Below are positions 52,201 to 61,560 of a stretch of 64,000 bases of DNA, one piece after another. The stretch lies in contig JABHZE010000006.1 of the NCBI GenBank assembly GCA_018653485.1, positions 132,491 through 196,490 of the forward strand, given 5' to 3'. Each line of letters opens with the position of its first letter. Position 1 is the first letter of the stretch. The notes under the pieces were generated by a model. That model saw nothing but the letters and a program-made list of their open reading frames with translations. It made no database searches and was not told where the DNA came from. Both the position numbers and the translations under genes were made by a program. This DNA is from an archaeon. Lineage in GTDB: Archaea; Nanobdellota; Nanobdellia; Pacearchaeales; GW2011-AR1.

Positions 52201-53656
52201 ATCCTTCTGCTAAATAAATTCCTACAAAAAACCCAAAATCTTTATCTAATTTTATTTTTTTAGGAAGGAGTTTTGAATTTGTAATTTTTTTATTAAAAAA
52301 ACCTGGATAAAAATAATCAAATTCTTTTTTATGATAATTAATAGGTATGGGGAGATGATTTCCTTTGTTTAATTTATTTCCCTTAATTGAAACAATCTCT
52401 CCTTTATCTGAAAGTTTAATAAATGAATGGTCTTCAGTTCCAATTATTGATTTTCCATGTTCTGTTTTGATTTTTAATAATTTTTTTTCAGGTAAATGTT
52501 TTATAATTTCATTAACTTGTGCCCATTTAGGTTTATGAGTTTTCATGTCTATTGTTAAAACCTTTAAATTTTTAGGATCCCTTCCAAATTTATCAAATAA
52601 ATCTTCAATAGTGTTGCATCCACATTCATCTTTTGATATATACTTTATTTTTTCATCTTTACCAATAGATTTAGCTACACCAGGATCACCCATGAGAAAT
52701 AAATGAATATCTCCTCTTGAGACTGTTCCATCCGGGCTTATTTTTCTTACTCCTCCAAACATTTGTAAAACCAATGATTCTTTAATTTCATTATATCCCC
52801 AAATACTTGGTGCAATGCTTTCTCTTAATTTTTTGAATAATTCAGGGTCTTCTGCTAATTCATTTATTTGCCTTTCATCTTCTTCTGAGATATCTAAATC
52901 TTCATAGGTTGATTCTAATGGGATTATATTGTTTGCTTCAATTGCTAAGTCAAATCTTGTTGAAATTGCTCCACTTGGTAAGGGGACTGGAACTTCTTTT
53001 AAGATTCCTAATATTTTTACCTTACTTCCAGGAGTTGTTTTTTCTTCCATTCCTGGTTCAACTAAATCTTCTTTTAGAAAAACATTCATTCTTCTTGGTT
53101 GTTCTCCTCCTGTTAATGATTCTGGAGATTCTTCAATTACTAATCTTTGAGCATCTACCATTGCTTTAGATAATAAATTAAATTGTCCTTTTCTTCCACA
53201 AGAACATCTTGTTGGCTCTCTGAATTTTTTTTCAATTTGTAACACTGAAATAACTGTTCCGCATGAAGGGCATTCGAATTTTGCATTTACAACTTGTGGA
53301 CGAACTTCAGAAGCTTGTCTTACTAATCCTTCAAAGAAAATAAGTTGATTTAAATGATTTGCACGAATTGTTCTTATTTTAACTTTTTGAGTGTTAGGTA
53401 AATCATTGAATCTTATTCTGGGTAATTTTATTAATCCTGTTTCTTCAAGTGCTGTTTCTAGTAATTGTAAGATTTCTTCAGGATTAGATATTAATGCTTC
53501 TGCAAGTGTTGGTGAACTTGAAGATAGGTCTTGGAAATTTACATAGATAACTTTTTTAGCTTTTCTAATACTTTCACCTATTTCTTTTTTATATGTTTCA
53601 AAAAACGATTTTGCTTCTATTATCAGCTCTTCATTTTGTGGCTTTTTATCTGCCAT
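49235..53656 (-). CDS. mcm: MCM replicative helicase interrupted by two inteins (671-aa mature protein predicted)
   Basis: Zn finger CPSC...CSC, Walker A GDPGVAK|S, Walker B VICIDEIEKM, arginine finger SRFDLIF. 1473 aa total. Confidence 0.9.
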   Translation of the reverse strand: MADKKPQNEELIIEAKSFFETYKKEIGESIRKAKKVIYVNFQDLSSSSPTLAEALISNPEEILQLLETALEETGLIKLPRIRFNDLPNTQKVKIRTIRANHLNQLIFFEGLVRQASEVRPQVVNAKFECPSCGTVISVLQIEKKFREPTRCSCGRKGQFNLLSKAMVDAQRLVIEESPESLTGGEQPRRMNVFLKEDLVEPGMEEKTTPGSKVKILGILKEVPVPLPSGAISTRFDLAIEANNIIPLESTYEDLDISEEDERQINELAEDPELFKKLRESIAPSIWGYNEIKESLVLQMFGGVRKISPDGTVSRGDIHLFLMGDPGVAKSIGKDEKIKYISKDECGCNTIEDLFDKFGRDPKNLKVLTIDMKTHKPKWAQVNEIIKHLPEKKLLKIKTEHGKSIIGTEDHSFIKLSDKGEIVSIKGNKLNKGNHLPIPINYHKKEFDYFYPGFFNKKITNSKLLPKKIKLDKDFGFFVGIYLAEGYIKAEKTINISNKNKEIQSRVIEFSKKLNLNYNFNDKEVSIFSKNLADILKTYCYDKKDLKNLKNGVKGNYSRIKKIPEFLFFAPKEFIYGLLSGLFSGDGRLIKDKKMLKGFELITISKNLAEDTSDLLFSIGILNKLKERSYDYKSKLTPYYSISVPTPMINKFTENIEFIGREFNLNASDPIYSYKDLIPCGELLYELTKKLGYNSRINGDRSFAAQMRTIKKRGVIGRLRLKRILKMFEEKSTQKYNEFKILKKIANSPIIWSKINEIKELPDKNEEVYDLSIPSTNTFVANGIGVHNSVTLKFVSNIAPKGRYIVGMAASGPGITATVVKDEFLKGWSLEAGAMVLANKGVICIDEIEKMGAEDRSAMHEALEQQTVTISKANVQACYSSNTEVLTEKGWKKYNEVQDIKIAQYNPKNKQIEFLSHKGLFIYDYKGKMFSFKNKRNDILVTPNHKMLLKKEGNKEYEAIKAEDIKYKRIKVLNSGEFKNKETNHFILPPIKHKQNRKHPKYTHQHTPKKIPVNLWLEFLGYYLTEGGVETNPTIGITQKDKKNINKIKKCLKKLSRYVGFKLSEIKNKNYTKLKITNTQLYSYLEKCGRKSYEKRFPEEFSLSSFSKKQLKIIYNAMMLGDGSSDGKYYGSTSKKLIDMFQGIACLIGKSANLNLHYKGAKRGNRKDMYRTSLSNKTELSLRKEIGNIQEKEYNGKVFCFSTKTGFFLTRRNGKIAIQGNTLSAETSVLAAGNPKFGRFEPTQSIVQQIDLPPALISRFDLIFIQRDLPDAVKDEAIADHVLKMHQKKDKKPDIERDLFKRYIAYSKQKIEPALTDEAFEEIKSFYVKMRKSSTQGEDTGSISITARQLQGLVRLAEAHAKSRLSPVVEAKDAQVAIRLTNYYLLQVGYDPETKTFDIDRISSKISSGQRNKIVLVKETIKKLEEQFGKMVPADRLRIDIGENLSDTEFDEAIEQLKKSGDIFHPKSGFIQGI
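49997..51028 (-). mobile_element. MCM intein 2 (aa 877-1220, 344 aa) with LAGLIDADG endonuclease domain
   Basis: Starts CYSSNTEVL after ISKANVQA. Ends IAIQGN before TLSAETSVLAAGNP. LAGLIDADG motifs WLEFLGYYLTEGG and IIYNAMMLGDGS. Confidence 0.8.
51296..52669 (-). mobile_element. MCM intein 1 (aa 330-787, 458 aa) in the P-loop, with LAGLIDADG endonuclease domain
   Basis: Starts SIGKDEKI after GDPGVAK. Block B GTEDHSF. Ends NGIGVHN before SVTLKFVSNIAPKGRY. LAGLIDADG motifs FGFFVGIYLAEGY and IYGLLSGLFSGDGR. Confidence 0.8.
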
Positions 53657-53769
53657 TGCGTAAACTAAAAATTATATTTTTCCTCCTTTTTATGATATAA
53701 AAGAATAAGGATTCTAATATTTAAACAATTATGGTATCTTGAGTATATTGTTAGAAAAGTTGTTACTAA

Positions 53770-54336
53770 TTATCTATTTGCGTTAGCTTCTTTTAGTGTT
53801 GCAATTAATTGTTCCATTGAATCATTTAATTGCTGGTTGTTCTTAGTTCCTGTACAAACTAATTTTCCATTTGAGAATAATAAGAATGTTGCATTAGGTT
53901 CAACTAGCTTGTATACTAAACCTGGGAATTGTTCTGGTTCATATTCTGTGTTTTCTAGTTCTAATGCTAAATAGTTTAGGTTTAGGTCCATGTTTATATT
54001 TCCAGAAGCTACAATATTTTGAACAGTTATTTTAGGTTTATCTGTTATATTTACATTGATTTTCTTTAGTGTTTTAATAACTTGTTCAATAACTAATTTA
54101 ACTTGGGCTATTGATTTTGTCCCTGTACATACTAAATTTCCTGATGAGAAAACTAGAACTGCTGATTTTGGTTCTTTTACTCTTAGAACTAACCCTGGGA
54201 ATTGTTCTGGATTATATTCTGTATTAGGTATTGTTTTAGCTAATTTTGTTAATGGAACATCTTTTCCTAGAGATGTTGTAGCTACAATATTTTGAATTTT
54301 TAAAGAAGTTTGAGATTTAATTGTTTCTTTTGCCAT
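53770..54336 (-). CDS. tbp: TATA-box binding protein
   Basis: Two direct repeats IQNIVAT...EYNPEQFPGLVLRV and VQNIVAS...EYEPEQFPGLVYKL. Confidence 0.9.
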   Translation of the reverse strand: MAKETIKSQTSLKIQNIVATTSLGKDVPLTKLAKTIPNTEYNPEQFPGLVLRVKEPKSAVLVFSSGNLVCTGTKSIAQVKLVIEQVIKTLKKINVNITDKPKITVQNIVASGNINMDLNLNYLALELENTEYEPEQFPGLVYKLVEPNATFLLFSNGKLVCTGTKNNQQLNDSMEQLIATLKEANANR

Positions 54337-54498
54337 TTGTTACTATAGAATAATTATCTTTTCTATAAGGTTTATAAAGGGAATCCATTTATAAAGGTTT
54401 CTATGTGTCAAGGAGAAGATAGTGAAATATGTTTAAAGAATATAGAAGATATATTATAATGTGATAATATTAATAAACATTTTAATCTTAAGATTAAT

Positions 54499-55800
54499 AT
54501 GGATTTAATGACTAGAACTCCAATCTCTCAGATTAGGTTTGATAATGATTTTTTTAAAAATAATTCTGCATTAGCACTTGTTTGTGGAGGGCCTTGTACT
54601 GATTGGACTTGGACTCTTCAACCACATAATCATGAAAGGGTTTTAGAATTTTTTAAAGATAATGCAGAGTTTAGTGATGAAAAATTAGAAAGAGTTAGAG
54701 AGGTTTTAGAGAAGGGAGGAGAGTATCCAATAAAACCAAATGGATTAGATTTAAGAAGTTTTATGAGTAATTTATTTGGTGAACCAGAAATTGTTCAACA
54801 TGGGTCTCAAGGATTAAATGTTGCAATTCAGGCATCTGCTTTTGGATTTGGTCCTGTTCTTTATGATCATTCTATAAGTTCTGAAAATGTTGAAACTTTT
54901 GTTCAGAGAAGTTCTTCCTCTTTAGGATTAATGAAAGATATTTATTATAGGACTCGGGAGCATGAACCTTGTTGTAGAAAAAATACAGGACCTTCTGTTA
55001 CAATAAATCTTAGAACTGAATATGGTGATAGTGTTTCAAATGCTTATCTTTCTGATGCAAGAGAAAGAAATTTTAATTTTCCCGATGTTAGAGAACATCT
55101 TGCTAAAGCAGGGGAGAGAATATCTTCTGCATTAGATAGTGGAAAAAGTGTAGGATGTATTGTAGCTGATATTCAAGTTTTAGGACATTCATTAGATGGT
55201 AGAGAATTTTCTAAGTATCTAAATTATATGAAGGGAGTAATAAGTGAAGTAAAGGGATTATCTAAAAAAAATAAAGGATTAGTTGCATTAGTTGATTGCG
55301 GTGGATTAAGTGCTTATAGTGATAAAGAGATTAGAGAACTTTATGGAGCTATTTATGGACATGCTCCAATCCTTGGAGGTAATGAATTTGAAATACAAAA
55401 GTTAGATAATGTTGTTAATAGAAATGCAGAATATAATCATATTCAAAACGCAATAAATTTAGTTAATGCAGGTGTTGAAAGCGTTTGGTTACATACTAGG
55501 GATTATCAGGTATTTGTAGCAAATGAAAAATCAATACATCCAGATATGGCAAAAGCTCTTGCATTTTCAAATCTAACAGCAGGTTTATCTTTAGAACAAC
55601 AAGGTTGTGTCACATTACCTTATCTTCAAGAAAGAATTAATCAAGGAGATTTTAGTTTTAGGGGAGATGAATTTAGTGTTTATGGTTCGCAAGGATGTCA
55701 AATTGTTAAAGTTCCTTCTTTAGATATAAATCCTAGTTCAGAAATTCAAGCAGGGGATAGAGCAGGATTAGGTTTTGTTTATGGTTTGTTGAAATCTTAA
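54499..55800 (+). CDS. Ribokinase-superfamily protein resembling ADP-dependent sugar kinases
   Basis: Ordered motifs GSQGLNVAIQASAFG, GGNEFEIQKL (NxxE), VWLHTRDY, C-terminal IQAGDRAGLGF (GD catalytic-base context). Confidence 0.4.
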   Translation: MDLMTRTPISQIRFDNDFFKNNSALALVCGGPCTDWTWTLQPHNHERVLEFFKDNAEFSDEKLERVREVLEKGGEYPIKPNGLDLRSFMSNLFGEPEIVQHGSQGLNVAIQASAFGFGPVLYDHSISSENVETFVQRSSSSLGLMKDIYYRTREHEPCCRKNTGPSVTINLRTEYGDSVSNAYLSDARERNFNFPDVREHLAKAGERISSALDSGKSVGCIVADIQVLGHSLDGREFSKYLNYMKGVISEVKGLSKKNKGLVALVDCGGLSAYSDKEIRELYGAIYGHAPILGGNEFEIQKLDNVVNRNAEYNHIQNAINLVNAGVESVWLHTRDYQVFVANEKSIHPDMAKALAFSNLTAGLSLEQQGCVTLPYLQERINQGDFSFRGDEFSVYGSQGCQIVKVPSLDINPSSEIQAGDRAGLGFVYGLLKS

Positions 55801-56345
55801 TCCCTATTAACAATTCTATAAGCTAATATTCCAAACACAATTAATATTAATAATAATGCTGTAAATGTAACAATCTTATTTTGAAAATTTGTTACAATTC
55901 CTTCAAACACTAAAATACCGCCTGTTGCTAATCCTGTTATTTGAATTAAAATTTCTTTAGAAAATAATCCTGTTAATAATAATGCAAAGCCAATTATTGC
56001 AAATACATAGAACCTTATTTGATTAAATTCATCATTTGCTTTTTCCCAATCATCATTACATTCCTTATATTCTTCAGGACATTGTGGGAATTCGCAGTTT
56101 AAATGAGGTTGTCGTGCAACCATTGTTCCATCTGAACAAGTTTTTGTATCTTCTGGACATCCTTGAGGAATATCATATTCTCCTTTATACAAGGGGCGAG
56201 AACTTGCACAATAATCACTATATTCAGGTTGTTCTAAAAATATACTTAATCCTACATTTACTAATGAAACAAAAATTATCGTTAATATGATGCTTACTAA
56301 GATTGAGAGTGCTATTTTGTTCATTGATTTCTTTTTTTTAGACAT
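55797..56345 (-). CDS. Membrane protein with Cys-rich extracytoplasmic segment
   Basis: N-terminal TM, CPEDTKTCSDG...CEFPQCPEEYKEC, two to three C-terminal TMs. Confidence 0.4.
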   Translation of the reverse strand: MSKKKKSMNKIALSILVSIILTIIFVSLVNVGLSIFLEQPEYSDYCASSRPLYKGEYDIPQGCPEDTKTCSDGTMVARQPHLNCEFPQCPEEYKECNDDWEKANDEFNQIRFYVFAIIGFALLLTGLFSKEILIQITGLATGGILVFEGIVTNFQNKIVTFTALLLILIVFGILAYRIVNRD

Positions 56346-56454
56346 AATGAGTATAATGAAGGAGATTATTTAAGGGTTGTTATGGGTTCTGATTGGTTTG
56401 AAGTTATTATCTAAATCTTTTTAAAACAAAATTCTTTTAATAAATTATATTAAG

Positions 56455-56640
56455 ATGTTATCTTTCAGAAATAATATTTATAGAGTATATTCTTTAATGG
56501 ATCAATATGTTGATAATCCTAGTGGGATTTTACTTGAAGAAACAAAACATGCATTTAATTTAGCATGTAAAATGGGATTTGAATGTGATGTTACAGAAGG
56601 TTTGTTAGTGAATTTAATTGCAGTGAATAATAGTGGTTAA
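56455..56640 (+). CDS. Hypothetical small protein
   Basis: 61-aa ORF only. No motif recognised. Confidence 0.2.
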   Translation: MLSFRNNIYRVYSLMDQYVDNPSGILLEETKHAFNLACKMGFECDVTEGLLVNLIAVNNSG

Positions 56641-56694
56641 TAATTTTTTTATGAAGAATTTTATCTAAACCTTTAAATATACTAATGTATACAT

Positions 56695-56937
56695 ATGTAT
56701 ATGGAAACAACAATTAGATTAAATGAAAGAACAAAAGCAGAATTAGATAGTTTAAGACAATATAAAAATGAAAGTTATGATGAATTAGTTAGAAAAATAG
56801 TTCATATAGTAAAGGTATGTGAAAAACAACCTCAATTAAGTCAGAAAACAATTCAAGAAATAAAAGAAGCTAGAGAGAATATTAAGAAAGGAGAATTTTA
56901 TACTGAAGAAGAAGCTAAGAAAATTCTTGGTTTGTGA
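56695..56937 (+). CDS. Putative ribbon-helix-helix-type antitoxin
   Basis: TTIRLNERTKAELDSLRQYKNESYDELVRKIV, directly upstream of a RelE/ParE toxin. Confidence 0.5.
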   Translation: MYMETTIRLNERTKAELDSLRQYKNESYDELVRKIVHIVKVCEKQPQLSQKTIQEIKEARENIKKGEFYTEEEAKKILGL

Positions 56938-56953
56938 AATTCTTCTGTTTAAA

Positions 56954-57211
56954 ATGTATAAACTTATTTTTGAAAAGAGAGCTTTAAAAGATTTAAATAA
57001 ATTAGAAAGAAATATTAAAGAAAGAATTTGGAATAAACTTCAATTATGTAAGTTAGACCCATTTAGATTTCTTGAACCTCTAGTAGGGATTAAGGGTTTT
57101 AAATTAAGAGTAGGAGATTATAGAATTATAATTGATGTTGAAAACGAAATAAAGATTCTACAAGTTTTAGAAGTTGGACATAGAAAAAATATTTATGAAA
57201 GGAGATACTAA
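56954..57211 (+). CDS. RelE/ParE-family toxin
   Basis: MYKLIFEKRALKDLNKL...FKLRVGDYRIIIDVENEIKILQVLEVGHRKNIY. Start set at the internal ATG. Confidence 0.7.
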   Translation: MYKLIFEKRALKDLNKLERNIKERIWNKLQLCKLDPFRFLEPLVGIKGFKLRVGDYRIIIDVENEIKILQVLEVGHRKNIYERRY

Positions 57212-57235
57212 TGATGGATTTTCATCACAAAAATA

Positions 57236-57244
57236 CTTATAAAT
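57236..57244 (+). promoter_or_regulatory. TATA box, leaderless spacing to the 57264 ATG
   Basis: CTTATAAAT centred about 24 nt upstream. Confidence 0.35.
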
Positions 57245-57263
57245 CTTAAATCTATAAATAATT

Positions 57264-58043
57264 ATGACAAAAGAATTATATGGTCGTGTTTTTCCAAATG
57301 ATGAACTTGCAGAGTTTGAACCAATACCCTTATTATTTCCTGAAAAAGGAAATCCTTTAGGAGTTAGTTTATTTGGTTCTGGAGATTATAAAAAATTTTT
57401 AGAAATAATGCAAAGAGATTTTTCTTGTTTACCTTATTATGATAAAGTTAATTTTAGACCTTCAACTTCTTGTGAAAGTATTTTTGTTTTATCTAAAGAA
57501 GCAGAGATTATCAGTCCTGAAGAAAAAGAAAGAATAAAAGAACAAGGAAGAAAGATGCCTTTGTGTTGTCTTGGAAGAATTCTTCAAAGCCCTGATGGAG
57601 TTTTTGTAAATCCTCCATTAGATGAAAAAGGAAATATTGATGAAGAAGAATATGCCAAAGCAATAGATAGTTTAAGTTTAGTTAATAGTGTTTTATTAGG
57701 CAGAGACGGTTTTGGATTTGCACCTTATGAATCATTTAAAACAGGAATGCAAAGTATAGATAAATTTTGCAGAGGAGGTTTAGCAAGAGTATTAGAGGGA
57801 ACAAGTGAAGATTATGCACATAGATTTGAACAAGCAATATCTGGTGACCCTCTTGAATTTGGAGTAAATGTTGAATGTTTTTTTGATTTTCAAAGCAACA
57901 CAACTCTTGGAGGGATTTATTTAAAAGAAGAAAAAACTAGTGTTGGAAATGGATTAGGAGTTTATGATGATGTAAAAATTCATCTTCTTGAACCTACTGT
58001 AAGTTTTGGAACTATTTTAGAAAGAGAGGTTGTTGGGGTTTGA
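57264..58043 (+). CDS. Hypothetical protein (259 aa orphan)
   Basis: Long ORF. No motif recognised. Confidence 0.4.
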   Translation: MTKELYGRVFPNDELAEFEPIPLLFPEKGNPLGVSLFGSGDYKKFLEIMQRDFSCLPYYDKVNFRPSTSCESIFVLSKEAEIISPEEKERIKEQGRKMPLCCLGRILQSPDGVFVNPPLDEKGNIDEEEYAKAIDSLSLVNSVLLGRDGFGFAPYESFKTGMQSIDKFCRGGLARVLEGTSEDYAHRFEQAISGDPLEFGVNVECFFDFQSNTTLGGIYLKEEKTSVGNGLGVYDDVKIHLLEPTVSFGTILEREVVGV

Positions 58044-59753
58044 TTAATAATGAATCTTCAATTCATGTCTCTTATAATCATCTACAACTTCTTTTAATGT
58101 TGCAGCATCCTGTGCATGCCTATCTGGACGAAGCTGAATTATTCTAGGAAATCTTAATCCAAAACCTGAATTGTATGTTGGGCTTCTTTGTATGTTTTGA
58201 TATAAAATTGTTACAACAATTTTAGGTTTGATTTGAGCTATTCTTCCGTGTTCTTTTATGATTAGGGGTTTAAGTTTTTTTGTTAATTCTGTAAATGATA
58301 ATCCTAATTCTGATTTTTCTTTTAATCCAGATGATTTTCCTATTTCTTTAAATGTTTTTGATTTTTCATCATAACAAGAAAGTGTGAATGATGCAAAAGC
58401 TCCAACCCTTTTTCCTTTACCATATTCTGCAGCTGTGATTACTAAATCTAGTTCATTTTCAGCTGGTTTTAATTTAAGCATATGTCCAACTCTTGAACCA
58501 GGACGATATTCTGATTCCATGTTCTTAATCATGACTCCTTCTTGATTATCATCTAATGCTTCTTTATAGAATTTTTCTGCTTTTTTAACATCTGATGTAA
58601 TTAATTGATGAGCTGTTTTAAGATGGTATTTTCTATTTTTAATTATCTTTCTTAATAATTTAGTTCTTTTTTCAAATGGTTCATTAAGTAATGCTTTTCC
58701 TTCATAATATAAAATGTCGAAGACATTAACTTCAATTGGTAATTTTTTAACTAATTCTTCAATATGGTGTTTTCTTCTAATTCTTTGAGAAATATCCTGG
58801 AAGGGTTTGTATTTTTTTGTTTTTCTATCATAACCTACTGCTTCTGAATCTAAGATAAATGATTTTGCCTTAACATGTTCTTTAACATATTTTACAACAT
58901 CTGGGAATTGGTTTGTTACATTATCTAATCTTCTTGTGAATATTTTAATTTCTCCTTTTTTATTTTTATTAATCATCATTCTAAATCCGTCATATTTGTA
59001 TTCAAAAATTGCTGGTTTTCCAACTTTTTTGAATGCATCTTCAACAGATTCTGCTTTTAATGCTAACATTGCTTTTAATGGATTTCCAGGAACTAAAGCT
59101 GTTGATTGTAATTCTTTAATACCTTTACAAGCTTTTTCAAAAACTAATGCAAAGTCTGTTATTTTATCATAAGAATCTTGAACAGCAAAAATATTTTCTT
59201 TTGTTTTTTCTTTAAAACAAGTTTCAACAATTGAATCTCTTATTGTTCCTGACGCTACTCCAATTCTTAATTGTCCTAATAATGTTCTAATAATATATTT
59301 AGCTTCAATTCCTGAAGCAGAAGTTAATAATTCTGAAATTAAACTTAATTTTTTATCTACTGTTCCTCTTCCTACTAAATCTGGAAGTCTTTGTAAATTT
59401 TTTAAGACTTTATCTGTTGTTAATTTATGGGAGAATAATGTTCCTTGTTTTTTCTTTGTCATAACTTCTTCTGCAACTTTTCCTAAATCTCCTAATTTTT
59501 TCCATTTCTGAGTTATTTCTTTTGGAGAAACTCCTGAAGATTTTGCAAGAGCTTTGATACATAGTTGCTCAGAAATTCCAAATTCTTTTTCAGAATAATC
59601 TGGGAAAACTTTTCCTTGAATAAGGTAGATAATGTCTTTATTTTTTGAATGTTTTATTTTTTGTAAAAATTCTGAAAGTATTTCTGCTTTTTTTAATCTA
59701 CTTGAATTCTTTTCCAAGTCTTCATAAATTTCACATAGTTTAATGTATTCCAT
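58044..59753 (-). CDS. lig: ATP-dependent DNA ligase
   Basis: Adenylation motif FEYKYDGFR (KxDG). N-terminal MEYIKLCEIYEDLEKNSSRLKK typical ligase start (start set at the second ATG). OB domain follows. Confidence 0.9.
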   Translation of the reverse strand: MEYIKLCEIYEDLEKNSSRLKKAEILSEFLQKIKHSKNKDIIYLIQGKVFPDYSEKEFGISEQLCIKALAKSSGVSPKEITQKWKKLGDLGKVAEEVMTKKKQGTLFSHKLTTDKVLKNLQRLPDLVGRGTVDKKLSLISELLTSASGIEAKYIIRTLLGQLRIGVASGTIRDSIVETCFKEKTKENIFAVQDSYDKITDFALVFEKACKGIKELQSTALVPGNPLKAMLALKAESVEDAFKKVGKPAIFEYKYDGFRMMINKNKKGEIKIFTRRLDNVTNQFPDVVKYVKEHVKAKSFILDSEAVGYDRKTKKYKPFQDISQRIRRKHHIEELVKKLPIEVNVFDILYYEGKALLNEPFEKRTKLLRKIIKNRKYHLKTAHQLITSDVKKAEKFYKEALDDNQEGVMIKNMESEYRPGSRVGHMLKLKPAENELDLVITAAEYGKGKRVGAFASFTLSCYDEKSKTFKEIGKSSGLKEKSELGLSFTELTKKLKPLIIKEHGRIAQIKPKIVVTILYQNIQRSPTYNSGFGLRFPRIIQLRPDRHAQDAATLKEVVDDYKRHELKIHY

Positions 59754-59860
59754 TTTATCACCTCTTTGAATCATCTCTTTTATTATTGAGATATTAAGAA
59801 ATAGTGAAAGTGATTATTAAATGTTTTGGGGAAGAAGTTTTAAATATGTTTTAAGATTAA

Positions 59861-60112
59861 TTATTCCCTTGGAATCATAGCAACCCCTCTTGCATGTTGT
59901 ATGCTACATCCATTAAAATATGCAATTTCTTCAGTATAATTGACAACAACTTGAGTATTTTTTGGAATCTCTTGTATGAAAGTTTCTAAAAGCCCTTTGT
60001 TTTTCCTTACTGCATGAACTCCTCTTAATTTATAATCTTTTAAACTTTGCTCAACTGAAGCACAATATTCTGTAGGGGTGCAATTTAATATTTGTGGAGG
60101 TAATAATTTCAT
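59861..60112 (-). CDS. Hypothetical small protein
   Basis: 83-aa ORF between rpl15e and lig. No motif recognised. Confidence 0.3.
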   Translation of the reverse strand: MKLLPPQILNCTPTEYCASVEQSLKDYKLRGVHAVRKNKGLLETFIQEIPKNTQVVVNYTEEIAYFNGCSIQHARGVAMIPRE

Positions 60113-60133
60113 TGTAATTTAAAAATAAATATT

Positions 60134-60703
60134 TTATTTTCCCCTTCTCTTACCAGCTCTTACACTAGGCCTATTCTTATTCATTGGATTTTTATCTCTT
60201 AATCCTCTTGACTTTTTACCTGCTGATGTTAATCCCCTATTAACTCTATGTTGATTTGTCTTTTTTGTTACCCAATTAAGTGTTTTATCATTTTTAATTT
60301 CAGGTTTAGAGTAATCTACTAAGATAACATCATAGAAATAATGTTTTCCATCTTTAGCTAAGTAATATGAATTTAGAACTTCTAAATTAGGGAATTTCTT
60401 TTGAGCTCTTTGTTCTGCTACCCATCTATAGCTCATTTTAACCACTTTTCTAATTGTATGTCTTTTACTTCTTCTTCCTTTATTTGTTCTGTGTCTTTGT
60501 CTTCCACCTCTTAAAACTCTAACTCTTGCTACAATAATTCCATTTTTAGCCTTGTATCCTAAAGAACGAGCTCTATCTAGTCTTGTTGGTCTTTCAAGTT
60601 TTTCAACAGCGCTTTGTTTTCTCCATTCAACCATTAATTCTCTAAGTTTAGTTGAATCAGGTTTTCTCCAAAGTTTTCTTATTTGATGATATAATCCTTT
60701 CAT
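60134..60703 (-). CDS. rpl15e: 50S ribosomal protein L15e
   Basis: MKGLYHQIRKLWRKP..., RPTRLDRARSLGYKAK, highly basic. Confidence 0.9.
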   Translation of the reverse strand: MKGLYHQIRKLWRKPDSTKLRELMVEWRKQSAVEKLERPTRLDRARSLGYKAKNGIIVARVRVLRGGRQRHRTNKGRRSKRHTIRKVVKMSYRWVAEQRAQKKFPNLEVLNSYYLAKDGKHYFYDVILVDYSKPEIKNDKTLNWVTKKTNQHRVNRGLTSAGKKSRGLRDKNPMNKNRPSVRAGKRRGK

Positions 60704-60866
60704 TTTAATATTTTTACTTAACTATTTTATATATTTTTGTAATTTAGTATGTTTTTAAAGCTTGTGATTAGTGGTGTTTGGTTGAATAAGGGAGGATTTT
60801 TTTTATTTGAAAGATGCGAAAAAATTATATAATTTGAATTATAGCTATTATTGGAGGTTTTTAAAA

Positions 60867-61538
60867 ATGGTTGAAAATATTAGTATTCCTTTGGGAATAT
60901 CTCAAGAATTGGCAGAAGAAACTGGATGGCATATTGGAGATGGAAGTATGAATATTTATAATAATAAAGGATATCCAAAGGGAATTTATCAATTAAGAGG
61001 GCATATGAATGATGATAGGGAACACTATCTTAAAAGGATTAAACCTATTTTTAATTTGCTTTATGATCTTGACATAAGTTTAAGGGAAATGTCTTCAACA
61101 AGAGTTTTTGGGTTTCAAATTTGGAGTAATAAATTATTAAATTTTAAAAAAGAATTAGGATTGCCTTTAGGTAAGAAGCTTGATATAGAAATTCCTCAAA
61201 TATTTTTAGAAAATGATGATTTGAAGATAGCAGTTATTAGGGGAATCTTTGATACTGATGGAGGGATTTATTTGGAGAAGAGAATTAAAGGATTTTATCC
61301 AGTGGTTTATATAGTCACAATATCTGAAAATTTATCTAAACAATTATTTGATATTTTAAATGGATTTGGATTAAATGCAAAAATAAATAGCTGGATAGAT
61401 AATAGGGGAAATAGGAGAAGGGCCTATAGGGTAGTTATTCGAGGAGATAAAATGTTTCATAAATTTATGGAAATAATTAATCCTGCTAACCCTAAACATA
61501 TTAAAAAATATTTGTGTTATAAAGAAAGCTTTAAATAA
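60867..61538 (+). CDS. Free-standing LAGLIDADG homing endonuclease-like protein
   Basis: Two LAGLIDADG motifs, LAEETGWHIGDGSM and IRGIFDTDGGIYL. GGAGG 9 nt upstream of the ATG at 60867. Confidence 0.7.
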   Translation: MVENISIPLGISQELAEETGWHIGDGSMNIYNNKGYPKGIYQLRGHMNDDREHYLKRIKPIFNLLYDLDISLREMSSTRVFGFQIWSNKLLNFKKELGLPLGKKLDIEIPQIFLENDDLKIAVIRGIFDTDGGIYLEKRIKGFYPVVYIVTISENLSKQLFDILNGFGLNAKINSWIDNRGNRRRAYRVVIRGDKMFHKFMEIINPANPKHIKKYLCYKESFK

Positions 61539-61560
61539 CCTCAATTATCATTTATTCTAT

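Noticed and set aside
54337-54498. C/D-box sRNA in the tbp upstream spacer (GTGATAA-like box)
   Set aside because: There is no exact C box (RUGAUGA) paired with a D box (CUGA) at appropriate spacing.
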